Source: Vicinamibacteria bacterium
GTDB taxonomy: Bacteria > Acidobacteriota > Vicinamibacteria > Marinacidobacterales > Marinacidobacteraceae
DNA length: 64,000 bases
Direction of reading: 5' to 3'
NCBI GenBank assembly: GCA_964291235.2
Contig: OZ219816.1
Coordinates: forward strand, 256,001 to 320,000
Shown here in pieces: positions 37,452 to 47,526 of this stretch. Positions within the stretch are counted from its first letter, which is position 1, and every line of letters starts with the position of its first letter. Made by a program: the position numbers and the translations under genes. The notes under the pieces are model-generated. The model was not told the DNA's origin. It ran no database searches and saw nothing but the letters and a program-made list of their open reading frames with translations.

Positions 37452-39167
37452 CTACTGCCGGCGGTGGAGGTAGGGAGGGGTCTCGAGGTCGCCCCACCGG
37501 TCGTCGCCCACATCCTCCGGAAGCGACATGGGCTCATCGATTTCCGGTTGCGGGCGGGAAACCCCGGGAGACCTGACCTCGCCGAGCGCATCGCCCGGTC
37601 CGCCTGCGCTCGCCTTGGCCTCCACCCGGTTCGGGTCGGAGGCAGCGATCGTCGGGAAGGTATCCAGTTTCGGGATCGTTCGACCGACCGGCCGGGCGGA
37701 GGTCCGATCGGCCGCTTCCGAACCGGGTCGAGCGGATGCGGGGGCTGTATTCAGGGATCCAAAGACCCCCGTCGAGCGGGTGGTGTAACTGGCGAAGTCG
37801 TTCGGGGTCGCATTCGCCCGGTTCTGGTCGGGAAGCCCGGTAGCCACCACCGTCACCTTGATCTCTCCCGTCTCGTCCATCGCCGGATCGAGCGCGGTGC
37901 CGATCAGGATGTTGTCCCCCGGTTCGGCGTCCGGCGACCCGTAGATCCCCGTCCCCTCGGGGGCCACCGCGTCGCGGACGACCTGGACCGCGCGCTGCAC
38001 CTCGTTCAGCGTGAGCGTCTCGCCTCCGGTGACGTTCACGATGATGCTCGTTGCGCCCTGGATCGAGGTGTCCTCGAGGAGCGGCGACGAGATCGCCAGT
38101 TCGGTGGCTTCCTCGACGCGTCTTTCACCCGTGGCCACTCCGATGCCCATCACTGCCGCCCCGCGCGACCGCATGGCGGAACGGACATCGGCGAAGTCCA
38201 GGTTGATCACTCCCGGAATCTGGATCAGGTCCGAAATCCCCTGAACGGCCTGGCGCACCACGTCGTCGGCGCTCCGGAAGGCTTCGCCGATCTTGAGGTT
38301 GCCATACACCTCGACCACGCGGTCGTTGGGAACGCAGATGAGGGTGTCCACGAACTCCCGGAGCTCCCGGATCCCGTCGTTGGCAGTGTTTCGCCGGTGC
38401 TTGCCTTCGACGGTCATCGGCTTGGTCGCTACCGCGATGCAGAGGGCCTTGATCTCCTGGGCCACGCAGGCGATCACCGGCGCCGCGCCGGTGCCTGTCC
38501 CTCCGCCTTCGCCCACGGTGATGAAGACCATGTCGGCGCCGGTCAGCACCGTGATGAGATGGTTGATGTCGTCCCGGGCCGCCAACCTCCCCACTTCCGG
38601 ATCGCCGCCACAGCCGAGCCCGCCGGTGCGCTCGGCCCCCAACTGAATCTTCACGGGAGCCTTGGACAGCTCGAGTACCTGGGCGTCGGTGTTCGCGGCG
38701 ATGAACTCGACACCGGTGACCCCGGCTTCGATCATCCGATTGACCGCGTTGCCACCACCGCCGCCGACGCCGATGACCTTGATGATGGCCCGCCTTTCGG
38801 TCACGTCGTCGAACGCCGCGGGCGGCGGTTCCTCCGTCGTGACCGGGAGGTCATCGCTGGACGCCGCCGCTTCCGGCGCGGTCGCCGGGGTTTCCTGGGC
38901 AGCGGCTGGCTCCTCTACCGCGGCCGGCATCTCTACCGCGGCTGGCGGCTGGTCCGCCGGGGACGCGGCCGTCTCCGGGGCCGCCGGTTCCCCGGCGTTG
39001 TCGTTGCCGACCACCTCCGCGCTGGCAAAAAGCGCCGGCTGCGCGGCAGCCGGGGCCTTCGCCGCCGTTTCCGGCGATGACTTCACGGGTGCGGACGCCT
39101 CCGCTTCCTTGGGGCCGGCTTCGGGGGCGCTGGCCTTCGGCGTCGTCTCTTCGTCGAAAAAGATCAT
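37452..39167 (-). CDS. ftsZ: Cell division protein FtsZ with a long N-terminal extension
   Basis: IKVIGVGGGGGNAVNRM, ANTD, GGGTGTG, INLDFAD; C-terminal DLETPPYLHR. Confidence 0.96.
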   Translation of the reverse strand: MIFFDEETTPKASAPEAGPKEAEASAPVKSSPETAAKAPAAAQPALFASAEVVGNDNAGEPAAPETAASPADQPPAAVEMPAAVEEPAAAQETPATAPEAAASSDDLPVTTEEPPPAAFDDVTERRAIIKVIGVGGGGGNAVNRMIEAGVTGVEFIAANTDAQVLELSKAPVKIQLGAERTGGLGCGGDPEVGRLAARDDINHLITVLTGADMVFITVGEGGGTGTGAAPVIACVAQEIKALCIAVATKPMTVEGKHRRNTANDGIRELREFVDTLICVPNDRVVEVYGNLKIGEAFRSADDVVRQAVQGISDLIQIPGVINLDFADVRSAMRSRGAAVMGIGVATGERRVEEATELAISSPLLEDTSIQGATSIIVNVTGGETLTLNEVQRAVQVVRDAVAPEGTGIYGSPDAEPGDNILIGTALDPAMDETGEIKVTVVATGLPDQNRANATPNDFASYTTRSTGVFGSLNTAPASARPGSEAADRTSARPVGRTIPKLDTFPTIAASDPNRVEAKASAGGPGDALGEVRSPGVSRPQPEIDEPMSLPEDVGDDRWGDLETPPYLHRRQ

Positions 39168-39267
39168 GGGGTGGCTCCTTGTCGTGGGGATCGATGCGGG
39201 GCGCGCCCCCGGGCCTGGTGGTTCGAGGGACTCGGTCCACCGGTGCCCGGGAGCGCTGGGAGAGATT

Positions 39268-40554
39268 TCATCGTGCTTGGCGGAGGTGATCGGTGACCCA
39301 CCTCAGGCCGTTGCTGATGGCGCGGCCCACCTCGGAGAGGGGGAACCGCGACGCGGTTTGCGGCATGCGCTGGCGCTGGACGAGGCCGTAGCGGCAAAGG
39401 CCCATGGCGCAGGTGAAATCGGCGCGGGTCGCGAGGTCGCGCCGCCCGACCACGTGCCGGGGGCCGCGGCTCTCGACGTCGGCGTGGAAGACGAGTTGCG
39501 CAACATCGCTCAGTCCGTCGAGGTTCGCGCCGCCTCCGGTGAGCACCAGGTTCTCCGGCATCTCCTGGAGGACGGTGCGCAACTGGTCCCGGATCTTGTT
39601 GAGATCACTCTCGGCGCGCCGTTGCAGAACCTCGGCGAGCAGCCGGCGGCGCCACTGCTTCGGGTACCCGCCGCCCGAGACCTGGATTTCGAAATAGTCG
39701 TCCTCGGGGACCTTTTCCACGAGGGCGACCCCATGGCGGCGCTTCGCCTGCTCGGCGTGTGCGTGCGACGTCTTCAGGCCAAGAGCGAGGTCGCGGGTAT
39801 AGGCCCGCGCCCCACTCGGCATCAGGTCCGAGTGCCACAGCACGCCGTGCCGGAACACCGCGATGTCGGTGGTCATGGCCCCGATGTCCAAAACGACAGC
39901 CCCGGTCTTCCATTCGTCCTGGTCCAGAACCCCGTAGCCGGTGGCCAGCGGGGCGGCCACCAGGCCCTCCACGCGGATGCCGGCTCCGTTCACCGCCTCT
40001 TCCAGATGGTGGAGGGTGGCGCGCGGGCAACTGATCAGGTGAACCAGGGACTTGATCGTCTCGCCCGTCCAGCCGATCGGATCGCCGGTGGCATCGAGGT
40101 CGTCCACCCAGAATTCCTGCGGCAGCGCGTGCAGCAGTTCGTACGGAGGCCGGAGCCAGGCCGTGCCTCCATCGCGGGGAACCGCCGACATCACGGCCCG
40201 ATCGACGTCGGACTTCCCGATCCGGCGCCGTGGATCCAGCACGGTGATCATGCCCGAGGAATTGATGCTGCGGCGCGTCCTGCTGCCCACCGAGACAAAG
40301 GCTGACCCGACGTCCACGCCCGCCGTCTGTTCGACCTCCTCGACCGCCTGGCGCACGGCTTCGGTGACCCCTCCCAGCCGGACGACCTCTCCGTACTGGA
40401 CCGAGTTCCGCGACTCCGCGTGACCGACGGCGAGCACCTCGAGTTCCAGCGCCTCCTCGGTCCCGGAAGGAACCTCGGGTTCGCGGGCGAGCACGGTGCG
40501 CACCTGATCGGATCCGATATCAATGCCGCAGAGCAGATCCGTCGGCCTCGTCAT
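39268..40554 (-). CDS. ftsA: Cell division protein FtsA
   Basis: GIDIGS, LDIGAMTTD, AEQAK, VLTGGGA; C-terminal amphipathic helix. Confidence 0.93.
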   Translation of the reverse strand: MTRPTDLLCGIDIGSDQVRTVLAREPEVPSGTEEALELEVLAVGHAESRNSVQYGEVVRLGGVTEAVRQAVEEVEQTAGVDVGSAFVSVGSRTRRSINSSGMITVLDPRRRIGKSDVDRAVMSAVPRDGGTAWLRPPYELLHALPQEFWVDDLDATGDPIGWTGETIKSLVHLISCPRATLHHLEEAVNGAGIRVEGLVAAPLATGYGVLDQDEWKTGAVVLDIGAMTTDIAVFRHGVLWHSDLMPSGARAYTRDLALGLKTSHAHAEQAKRRHGVALVEKVPEDDYFEIQVSGGGYPKQWRRRLLAEVLQRRAESDLNKIRDQLRTVLQEMPENLVLTGGGANLDGLSDVAQLVFHADVESRGPRHVVGRRDLATRADFTCAMGLCRYGLVQRQRMPQTASRFPLSEVGRAISNGLRWVTDHLRQAR

Positions 40555-41432
40555 TGGGTGTGTCCTTCCGCGGGGTGGACCCGCAGGTCTGGCGGCGCTG
40601 CCGCCGGCTGGGTACGAACGAGAAACCGGTCCGGGACGCGGGCGTCCACCCGGACGAGGTCCGGCCAGCGCTCGATCAGGTCCGGCAGGTGGCGGGCTAC
40701 CCGGTCCAGGCCTTCCACAAAGTCCCGCTCGGTCAACAAGACGGGCAGCGGCGGCGACCTGAGGACCACCCGTAACCGGTAGGGACCGCCGCTCACGTCC
40801 ACCTCCGAAACGCGCCGGTCCAGGTCGGGACGGCCGCGCAGCGCCGTCCCCAGCCGGCCGGCCAGAGCGGCACGGGCTCCGACATCCACGCCCGCAGGAC
40901 CCGCGCCACGGACGAGCACCAGATCGGGAGCGCCGGCCCACACCAGGTCCGCGGCGGTCGCCGGCCCGAGGACGGTTCCATCGGCGGCCAGGGCGGCGGG
41001 CGGCTCCCAGTCCAGAAAAGCCACCGCCCGTTTCTCCTCGACGTCCACCACCAAGTTCCCCGGGAGCATCCGCTCCACGGACGCGTGCTCCAACAGTCCG
41101 GTCGCCAGGAGGCGGCTGCGAATCTCCGCCGCGTCGGCGAGCAGGTTGCCGGATCCTGAAATCTCCAGGCCCGGCAGGGCCGCCAGGTGACCCGCCCCGC
41201 GGATCCGCAGTTCCGTCGGCGCGGTCTCGGACACCGGACGCGCCGATTCCACGGCGGTCATCCTGCCGACCACCACCCCGATGGCGAGGCTGAGCCCGAT
41301 GGACCCGACGGCGATGCGGACCACGAGCCGCGGCAACGGGGTTCTGGGGACCGGCGGCGCCACCAGGCGCGGGTCCTCATCGGCGGATGGCGGCTTGCGT
41401 TTCTCGAACCGCGGGGGCATCTCCACCGGCAT
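40551..41432 (-). CDS. ftsQ: Cell division protein FtsQ/DivIB
   Basis: Single TM, POTRA-like ASVERMLPGNLVVDVEE, C-terminal VDARVPDRFLVR; lies between murC and ftsA. Confidence 0.8.
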   Translation of the reverse strand: MPVEMPPRFEKRKPPSADEDPRLVAPPVPRTPLPRLVVRIAVGSIGLSLAIGVVVGRMTAVESARPVSETAPTELRIRGAGHLAALPGLEISGSGNLLADAAEIRSRLLATGLLEHASVERMLPGNLVVDVEEKRAVAFLDWEPPAALAADGTVLGPATAADLVWAGAPDLVLVRGAGPAGVDVGARAALAGRLGTALRGRPDLDRRVSEVDVSGGPYRLRVVLRSPPLPVLLTERDFVEGLDRVARHLPDLIERWPDLVRVDARVPDRFLVRTQPAAAPPDLRVHPAEGHTQ

Positions 41433-41454
41433 CGAATCCGGCCTCCCCCGCCCG

Positions 41455-42879
41455 CTACGCCACCAGTTCACGGAGCACCTCCTGCAACAGGTCCGGAAGT
41501 CGGGTGATGCTTCCCGCGCCCAGCGTGAGCACGACGTCACCGGGGCGAAGGTCGGGGCCGAGGCGGTTCGCAACCTCGTCCAGGGAGCCGAGGAACCGGG
41601 CGTCGGGGTGTCCCGCGCGCCGGATTCCCTCGGCGAGCCCCGCACCGTCCACCCCCGGAATCGGCGTCTCTCCCGCGGGATAGATGTCCGTGACCACCAC
41701 GATGTCCGCGGCGCTGAAACAGCGGCAGAACTCCTCGTGCAGGTCGCGCACCCGGGTGTACCGGTGCGGCTGGAAGACCGCCACCGTCCGCGCGGAAAAC
41801 GCCGCCCGAGCGGCGTCCAGAGTCTCCGATATCTCGGTCGGATGGTGGGCGTAGTCGTCCACGATGCGCACTCCGCCCACCGTGCCGCGGCGCTGGAAGC
41901 GTCGCTCGACGCCGGTAAACGCCTCGAGACCCTCGCGGATGGCCGGGGTGCCGAGCCCGAACTCGAGTCCCACCGCGGCCGCCGCCAGGCTGTTGAGGAC
42001 CGCCGTCCGGCCCGGCTGACGGAGCCGGACCGCACCGGCGAGCCCGCCCCGGATCCGCAGTTCGTAGCGGGCGCCGTCCTCCGAAAAGGAGATCCCCTCG
42101 GCCGAAACCTCGGCCTCCGGAGACAGCCCGTAGGTGATGACGCGGCGGCGAATGCGCGGCAACAACGACCTTACGTGTTCCCCGTCGATGCACACGATCG
42201 CGCCCCCGTAGAACGGAGTCATGTTGATGAACCGCACGAAGGAATCGACGAGATCGTCCATCCCCTCGTAGGCGTCGAGATGTTCGCGGTCGATTCCCGT
42301 GACCACCGCCAACACCGGGAGCAGCCGCAGGAAGGTGCGGTCCGATTCGTCGGCCTCCGCCACCAGGATTTCCGACTTCCCGACGCGAGCTCCGCCGCCG
42401 ATGGTCGCCACCCGGCCCCCGATCACCATCGTCGGGTCAAGACCGGCGTGATCGAGCAGAACGGCGATCATCGAGGTCGTCGTGGTCTTTCCGTGCGACC
42501 CCGCGACGGCCACCGCGAACTTCATCCGCATCAGCTCGGCGAGCATCTCGGCCCGGGGAATGATCGGGAGCTGCCGCTCCCGCGCCGCCGCCACCTCGGG
42601 GTTGTCCGCGGGCACGGCCGAGGAAATGACCACCACGTCGGCGTTTTCCACCTGCTCGGCCGCGTGTCCCTCAAAAACGAGAGCGCCGAATTCGGCCAGC
42701 CGCCGGACGCTCGCCCCCATCCGCAGGTCGGAACCGCTCACCCGGTAACCGAGGTTCAGCAGCACTTCCGCGATGCCGCTCATCCCCACGCCGCCGATGC
42801 CGACGAAGTGCACCCGGGTCCTCTTGGAAAACAGGAGCCCGCTCTCGGCGCCGGAGGAGAACCTCGAAACGCGGTTCAT
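41455..42879 (-). CDS. murC: UDP-N-acetylmuramate--L-alanine ligase
   Basis: HFVGIGGVGMSG, GSHGKTTT, EADESD, DDYAHHP, FQPHRYTR. Confidence 0.97.
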   Translation of the reverse strand: MNRVSRFSSGAESGLLFSKRTRVHFVGIGGVGMSGIAEVLLNLGYRVSGSDLRMGASVRRLAEFGALVFEGHAAEQVENADVVVISSAVPADNPEVAAARERQLPIIPRAEMLAELMRMKFAVAVAGSHGKTTTTSMIAVLLDHAGLDPTMVIGGRVATIGGGARVGKSEILVAEADESDRTFLRLLPVLAVVTGIDREHLDAYEGMDDLVDSFVRFINMTPFYGGAIVCIDGEHVRSLLPRIRRRVITYGLSPEAEVSAEGISFSEDGARYELRIRGGLAGAVRLRQPGRTAVLNSLAAAAVGLEFGLGTPAIREGLEAFTGVERRFQRRGTVGGVRIVDDYAHHPTEISETLDAARAAFSARTVAVFQPHRYTRVRDLHEEFCRCFSAADIVVVTDIYPAGETPIPGVDGAGLAEGIRRAGHPDARFLGSLDEVANRLGPDLRPGDVVLTLGAGSITRLPDLLQEVLRELVA

Positions 42880-43952
42880 CGTGCGCCTCCCGCGAGGTCG
42901 TCGAGACGGGCGGCGAGCTGTTCCGCCGGGCGGTCGCGCACAAGTTGCCGCGCCGCGCTGGACATCCCGGCCCGCCGGTCCGGGTCGTCGAGGAGGGAGC
43001 AGAGCGCGCGGGCGAACTCCGCTCCCGAAGCGCTCTCGTCCATCGTGAGCGCCGCTCCCGCGTCCGCCAGCGCCGCGGCGTTTTGCCGCTGGTGCCCGCC
43101 GGCGACCGGGGCCGGAATCAGGATTCCGGGCCGCCCGGCGGCCATGAGCTCGGCGCAGGTGATCGCTCCCGCCCGGCCCACCACCAGATCGGCCGCCGCC
43201 ATCGCCTCCGGCATGTCGTCGAGGTAGGCCACCACCTCGGCTCCCAGTCCGGATTCCCGATAGGCGTCGCGCACCTCGGCTTCCTCCGCGGGACCGGTCT
43301 GGTGGGTGATGCGCAGGCGCCCGCTCCGCTCGCGAAGCACGGGCAACGAGTCCACCACCAGCCGATTCAGCCGGGAGGCTCCCTGGCTGCCGCCGGTGAC
43401 GAGCACCGATACGGCCCCGTTGTTGCCGGAGCGGGGTTCCACGCCGAAGAACTCGGAACGCACCGGGATCCCGGCGACCAGCGCCGGACGCCGGAAATAG
43501 CGCCGGGTGCCTTCCCAGGCGACGGCGATCTCGGTGGCGAACGGTGCGCTCCAGCGCGTCGCGAAACCGGGCTCGGCGTTCGGTTCCAGAATCAGCGACG
43601 GGATTCCGAGGAGCCGCGCCGCGAACACCGCGACCCCGGACACCGATCCGCCGGTTCCGAAGACGGCATCGGGACGAAACTTCCGCAGCAGGCGGCGCAT
43701 CGCGGCGAGCGAGCGAAGGAGCCGGACCGCGGTGCGGGGCAGGACGAGAGGCGAGCGGCCCCGAATGGGAGGGACCTCGACGAGATCGAGGGAGAACCCG
43801 TGGCGGGGAACGAGGCGGCCCTCAAGCCCCCGCATGGTGCCCACGAAGCGGACCTCGGCGGGCCCTCGCGCGGCAAACGCGCGCGCCACCGCCAGCCCCG
43901 GATAGATGTGTCCGCCGCTGCCGGCCGCCGCGACCAGGAGACGCCGTCTCAT
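42876..43952 (-). CDS. murG: Undecaprenyl-PP-MurNAc-pentapeptide GlcNAc transferase
   Basis: GSGGHIYPG, GGSQGA, GRAGAIT.AE, HQRQNA. Confidence 0.95.
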   Translation of the reverse strand: MRRRLLVAAAGSGGHIYPGLAVARAFAARGPAEVRFVGTMRGLEGRLVPRHGFSLDLVEVPPIRGRSPLVLPRTAVRLLRSLAAMRRLLRKFRPDAVFGTGGSVSGVAVFAARLLGIPSLILEPNAEPGFATRWSAPFATEIAVAWEGTRRYFRRPALVAGIPVRSEFFGVEPRSGNNGAVSVLVTGGSQGASRLNRLVVDSLPVLRERSGRLRITHQTGPAEEAEVRDAYRESGLGAEVVAYLDDMPEAMAAADLVVGRAGAITCAELMAAGRPGILIPAPVAGGHQRQNAAALADAGAALTMDESASGAEFARALCSLLDDPDRRAGMSSAARQLVRDRPAEQLAARLDDLAGGAR

Positions 43953-45034
43953 GGAACCCTCTGGGAAACCGACAGCACGAGGCCCGCCGCCAGCATGGTG
44001 GTGACGAGCGCGGAGCCGCCGGCCGAGATGAACGGGAGCGGCAACCCGGTGGTCGGGAGGATCGCGGTCGCCACGCTGAAGTTCAAAAAAGCCTGAAAAG
44101 CGATGGTCAGCGTCGCGCCCACCCCGAGCAACATGCCGAAGCGGTCCGGAACCCGCGAGGAAACGACCAGGCCGCGCACGGTGAACAGCAGGAAGAAGAG
44201 CACCACCAGCCCCGCCCCGATGAAGCCCAGTTCCTCGCCGACCACGGAAAAGATGAAGTCGGAGTGCGGTTCGGGAAGGTAGAGCAGCTTCTGCCGGCTG
44301 GCCGCGAATCCCACCCCCGTCAGGCCGCCGCTGCCAAGCGCGATGAGGGATTGGCTCAACTGGAAACCGTCGCCCAGCGGGTCGGCGAAGGGATCGAGAA
44401 ACGTCAGAATCCGGGCGATGCGGTAGTCGGCGGCCAGCACCCCGGCGCCAAAGATGGGAATCCCCAGCGCCAGCAGGCCGGCCAGGTGTTTCAGGCGCGC
44501 CCCGCCGATGAAAATCACCGCCGCCCCGACCAGCACCAACAGGGTCGCGGTTCCGAGATCGGGCTGCAGATAGATCAGGATGGCGAGAAAACCCGTACAG
44601 GCGAGCGGTAACACCAGCGCCCGGAACGAGTCCGCGCTCCGAACCGCGAGCAGGTGGGCCAGCGCCACCACGAGCCCAAGCCGCGCCGGTTCCGACGGCT
44701 GCAGGGTGAATCCAGCGAACTGCACCCAGCGATGCACCCCGTTGATCGGAGGCGACTGGAGCGCCGCGAAGAGGGACACGATGACCGCCCCGTACACCGC
44801 CCACGCCACCGCCGGACGATTCAGGAGCCGGTAGTCCGAGCGGGCCACCGCGATCATCGCGAGACAGCCGATCAGGGCCCAGGCCGACTGGCGTCCCAGG
44901 AAGAAGGACGGACTGCGGTCGCTCGCGTCCGCCACGATGGCCGAGGCGCTGTAGAGCATGACCAGCCCGAACACCAGGAGCCCGAGCGTCAGCAGGAACA
45001 GGGGCCGGTCGGGAGCCATGCGCCGGCCCGTCAT
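43949..45034 (-). CDS. ftsW: SEDS peptidoglycan polymerase FtsW
   Basis: RW..LQPSE, QPDLG, PEPHSDFIF..GEELG, LPFISAGGS. Confidence 0.95.
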   Translation of the reverse strand: MTGRRMAPDRPLFLLTLGLLVFGLVMLYSASAIVADASDRSPSFFLGRQSAWALIGCLAMIAVARSDYRLLNRPAVAWAVYGAVIVSLFAALQSPPINGVHRWVQFAGFTLQPSEPARLGLVVALAHLLAVRSADSFRALVLPLACTGFLAILIYLQPDLGTATLLVLVGAAVIFIGGARLKHLAGLLALGIPIFGAGVLAADYRIARILTFLDPFADPLGDGFQLSQSLIALGSGGLTGVGFAASRQKLLYLPEPHSDFIFSVVGEELGFIGAGLVVLFFLLFTVRGLVVSSRVPDRFGMLLGVGATLTIAFQAFLNFSVATAILPTTGLPLPFISAGGSALVTTMLAAGLVLSVSQRVP

Positions 45035-46440
45035 TGCCGGCCTCCCGCGGCGTCCGCGAGGCGCGCCACCAGGGCGCGGAACCGCGTTCCCCGGGCGCCA
45101 TAGTTCTCAAAGAGATCGAAACTGGAACAGCCGGGCGAGAGCAGGACGATTCCGCCGGGACCCGAACGCCGAAACGCCGTCTCCACCGCCTCGTCGAGGG
45201 TGTCGTGGACGTCCACCGGGACGCTCCGGATCTCGGCGGCGATCCGGTTCCGTGTCCGTCCGATCGCGTGGATTCCGTCCACCGGGCCCAGCGATTCCGC
45301 AAGGTCGGAAAACCGGCCGCCCTTGAGGATCCCGCCCAGAATGAGCTGGATGCGGCCGCTGCCAGTCTCGGAGAGCGTGTCGAGAGCCGCCCGGGTGGCT
45401 TGCAGATTCGTGGCGCGGGAGTCGTTGATGAAGCGGACCCCCGCCACCGATCCGGCCTCCTCCAGGGCGTGCGGAAGACCCGAGAACTCGGCCGCGGCCG
45501 ACTCCATCGCCTCCTGACCGACGCCCAGCAGGCTTCCGGCGGCGGCCGCGGCCGCAAGGTTCCGCCGCTGGTGGCGGCCCCGCAGCCGGAGCGCCGAGAA
45601 GCGGGCGAGAACACGGGTTGTCGCCCGGTCGCGCCTGACGACGCTCTCCGCGCCGAGGAGGACTTCCGGATCGAGTGTCCCGCCGGTGTCCCGGAACGGC
45701 AGCACCCGCGCGCCGCACGCCCGGGCGGCGTGGGTTGCGAGAATGAGAGCCACCGCATCATCCCCATCGACAACAATCCAATCGGAAGCCGTCTGGTTCT
45801 CGAAGATCCGGGCCTTGGACCGGCGGTAGTCGGCCAGATCGGGGTGCCAGTCGAGATGGTCCTGACCCACCTCGAGGAGCACCGCGACCCGGGCGCGGAA
45901 CCGGCCGATGGTCGCCAATTGAAAGCTGGAGGTTTCGACGACCGCGATCTCGTCGGGCCCGAACGACCCGGCGAGCGCGGTGAGTGGTTCGCCGAGGTTC
46001 CCGCACGCCCTCGCCGGAATTCCCTGGGCTCCAAGGGCCGCCGCGAGCAGCGTCACGACGCTCGACTTCCCCTTGGTTCCGGTCACCGCCACCAGCCGCT
46101 CCGCCGGCTCGCCGAGCGCCCGGAATCCGAGCTCCAGTTCGCCCCACACGGGAACGCGTTCCCGGCGGGCCGCCCGCAGGATGTCCGTTCCCGGGGCCAC
46201 CCCCGGACTCGTCACCACGAGCGACATCCCGGCCAGCAGCGACGGGGGATGACCCCCGAAATGAACCTCGGCCCCCATGGACCGGAGCGCCGCGGCCGCG
46301 GGAATCCGGGTTTCCGGACGCGAGTCCGCGACCAGCACCCGGCGCCCGGTCCGGCGGAGATAGCGCGCCGCCGCCTGTCCGCTTGCACCCGCGCCCAGCA
46401 CCAGAACGTCCGGCCCCGGGACAGCGTCTGAAAGCTTCAT
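45031..46440 (-). CDS. murD: UDP-MurNAc-L-Ala--D-glutamate ligase
   Basis: TGTKGKS, ETSSFQL, DHLDWH, NDSRATN, LSPGCSSFD. Confidence 0.95.
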   Translation of the reverse strand: MKLSDAVPGPDVLVLGAGASGQAAARYLRRTGRRVLVADSRPETRIPAAAALRSMGAEVHFGGHPPSLLAGMSLVVTSPGVAPGTDILRAARRERVPVWGELELGFRALGEPAERLVAVTGTKGKSSVVTLLAAALGAQGIPARACGNLGEPLTALAGSFGPDEIAVVETSSFQLATIGRFRARVAVLLEVGQDHLDWHPDLADYRRSKARIFENQTASDWIVVDGDDAVALILATHAARACGARVLPFRDTGGTLDPEVLLGAESVVRRDRATTRVLARFSALRLRGRHQRRNLAAAAAAGSLLGVGQEAMESAAAEFSGLPHALEEAGSVAGVRFINDSRATNLQATRAALDTLSETGSGRIQLILGGILKGGRFSDLAESLGPVDGIHAIGRTRNRIAAEIRSVPVDVHDTLDEAVETAFRRSGPGGIVLLSPGCSSFDLFENYGARGTRFRALVARLADAAGGRQ

Positions 46441-46443
46441 CGG

Positions 46444-47526
46444 TCATCGCAGCTTCAGGGTGGTGAGGGTGGCGAGCGCACAGAGAACGGCCAGAATCCA
46501 GAACCGGACGCTCACCTGCGTCTCCTTCCAGCCGGCAAGTTCGAAGTGATGGTGGAGCGGCGCCATCCTGAAGAGCCGGCGACCGGTGAGCTTGAAACTC
46601 GCCACCTGCAGAATCACCGAGGCGGTTTCCATCACGAACACTCCGCCGACGATCACCAGCAGCATCTCCTGCCGGATCAGGATCGCCTGAATACCGATTG
46701 CCGCACCGAGCGCCAGCGAGCCCACGTCGCCCATGAAGACGCGCGCGGGGTGGGCGTTGAACCACAAGAAGCCCAGCGCCGCCCCGGTGATCGCCGCCCC
46801 GAAGATGGTCACCTCGGAGGCGCCCGGGAGGTAGAGGATGTCGAGGTAGGCCGAGAACTCGGCGTGCCCCGCGAGGTAGGTCAGCGCCGTATAGACGGCG
46901 GCCGCAACCAGCACGCAACCGGCGGCGAGACCGTCGAGGCCGTCGGTCAGGTTGACCGCGTTCGAGGAGGCCACGAGGACCGCCATCACGGCGGGCACGA
47001 ACAGCAGTGCGAGTTCCGGTTGGAACTCCTTGAAGAAGGGGAACACCACGCGAGTGGTGAACTCGCCGCTGCCGGCGTACCAGAGGAGGAACCCGCCTAC
47101 GACCAATGCGAGCAGGAGCTGGACACCGAACTTCGTGCGGGCACTGAGTCCGATCCCGTCCCCGCGCCTCAGCTTTTTCCAATCGTCCACAAATCCCAGC
47201 GTCCCGTAGCTCGCCATCGTCAGGACCGCGACCCAAACGAGCACGTTCCCCAGATCGGCCCAGAGCAGGGTGGAAACGATCACCGAGCCCACGATCAGGA
47301 CTCCGCCCATGGTCGGCGTTCCGGCCTTGTGGTGGTGGGCCGGGCCGTCGGCGCGGATCCGCTCTCCCACCCGGAGGCGCGACAGCCGCGAGATCACCAG
47401 GGGCCCGAGGCCGAGCGACAGGATGATGGCGGTGGCGGCCGCCGCCGCGGTGCGCACCGACACGTACCGGAATACGTTGAAGGCGCTGAACTCGTCCGCC
47501 AGGGAGAAGAGGAGTTCGCCGAGCAT
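46444..47526 (-). CDS. mraY: Phospho-MurNAc-pentapeptide transferase
   Basis: KAGTPTMGG, NAVNLTDGLDGL, FMGDVGS, MAPLHHHFE. Confidence 0.97.
   Translation of the reverse strand: MLGELLFSLADEFSAFNVFRYVSVRTAAAAATAIILSLGLGPLVISRLSRLRVGERIRADGPAHHHKAGTPTMGGVLIVGSVIVSTLLWADLGNVLVWVAVLTMASYGTLGFVDDWKKLRRGDGIGLSARTKFGVQLLLALVVGGFLLWYAGSGEFTTRVVFPFFKEFQPELALLFVPAVMAVLVASSNAVNLTDGLDGLAAGCVLVAAAVYTALTYLAGHAEFSAYLDILYLPGASEVTIFGAAITGAALGFLWFNAHPARVFMGDVGSLALGAAIGIQAILIRQEMLLVIVGGVFVMETASVILQVASFKLTGRRLFRMAPLHHHFELAGWKETQVSVRFWILAVLCALATLTTLKLR

Noticed and set aside
39164-39310. Frameshifted ftsA C-terminus
   Set aside because: The ORF already ends in a plausible amphipathic membrane-targeting helix (GRAISNGLRWVTDHL).
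42876-46034. 1052-aa MurG fusion
   Set aside because: The upstream part overlaps murD and ftsW in another frame; murG starts at ATG 43952.
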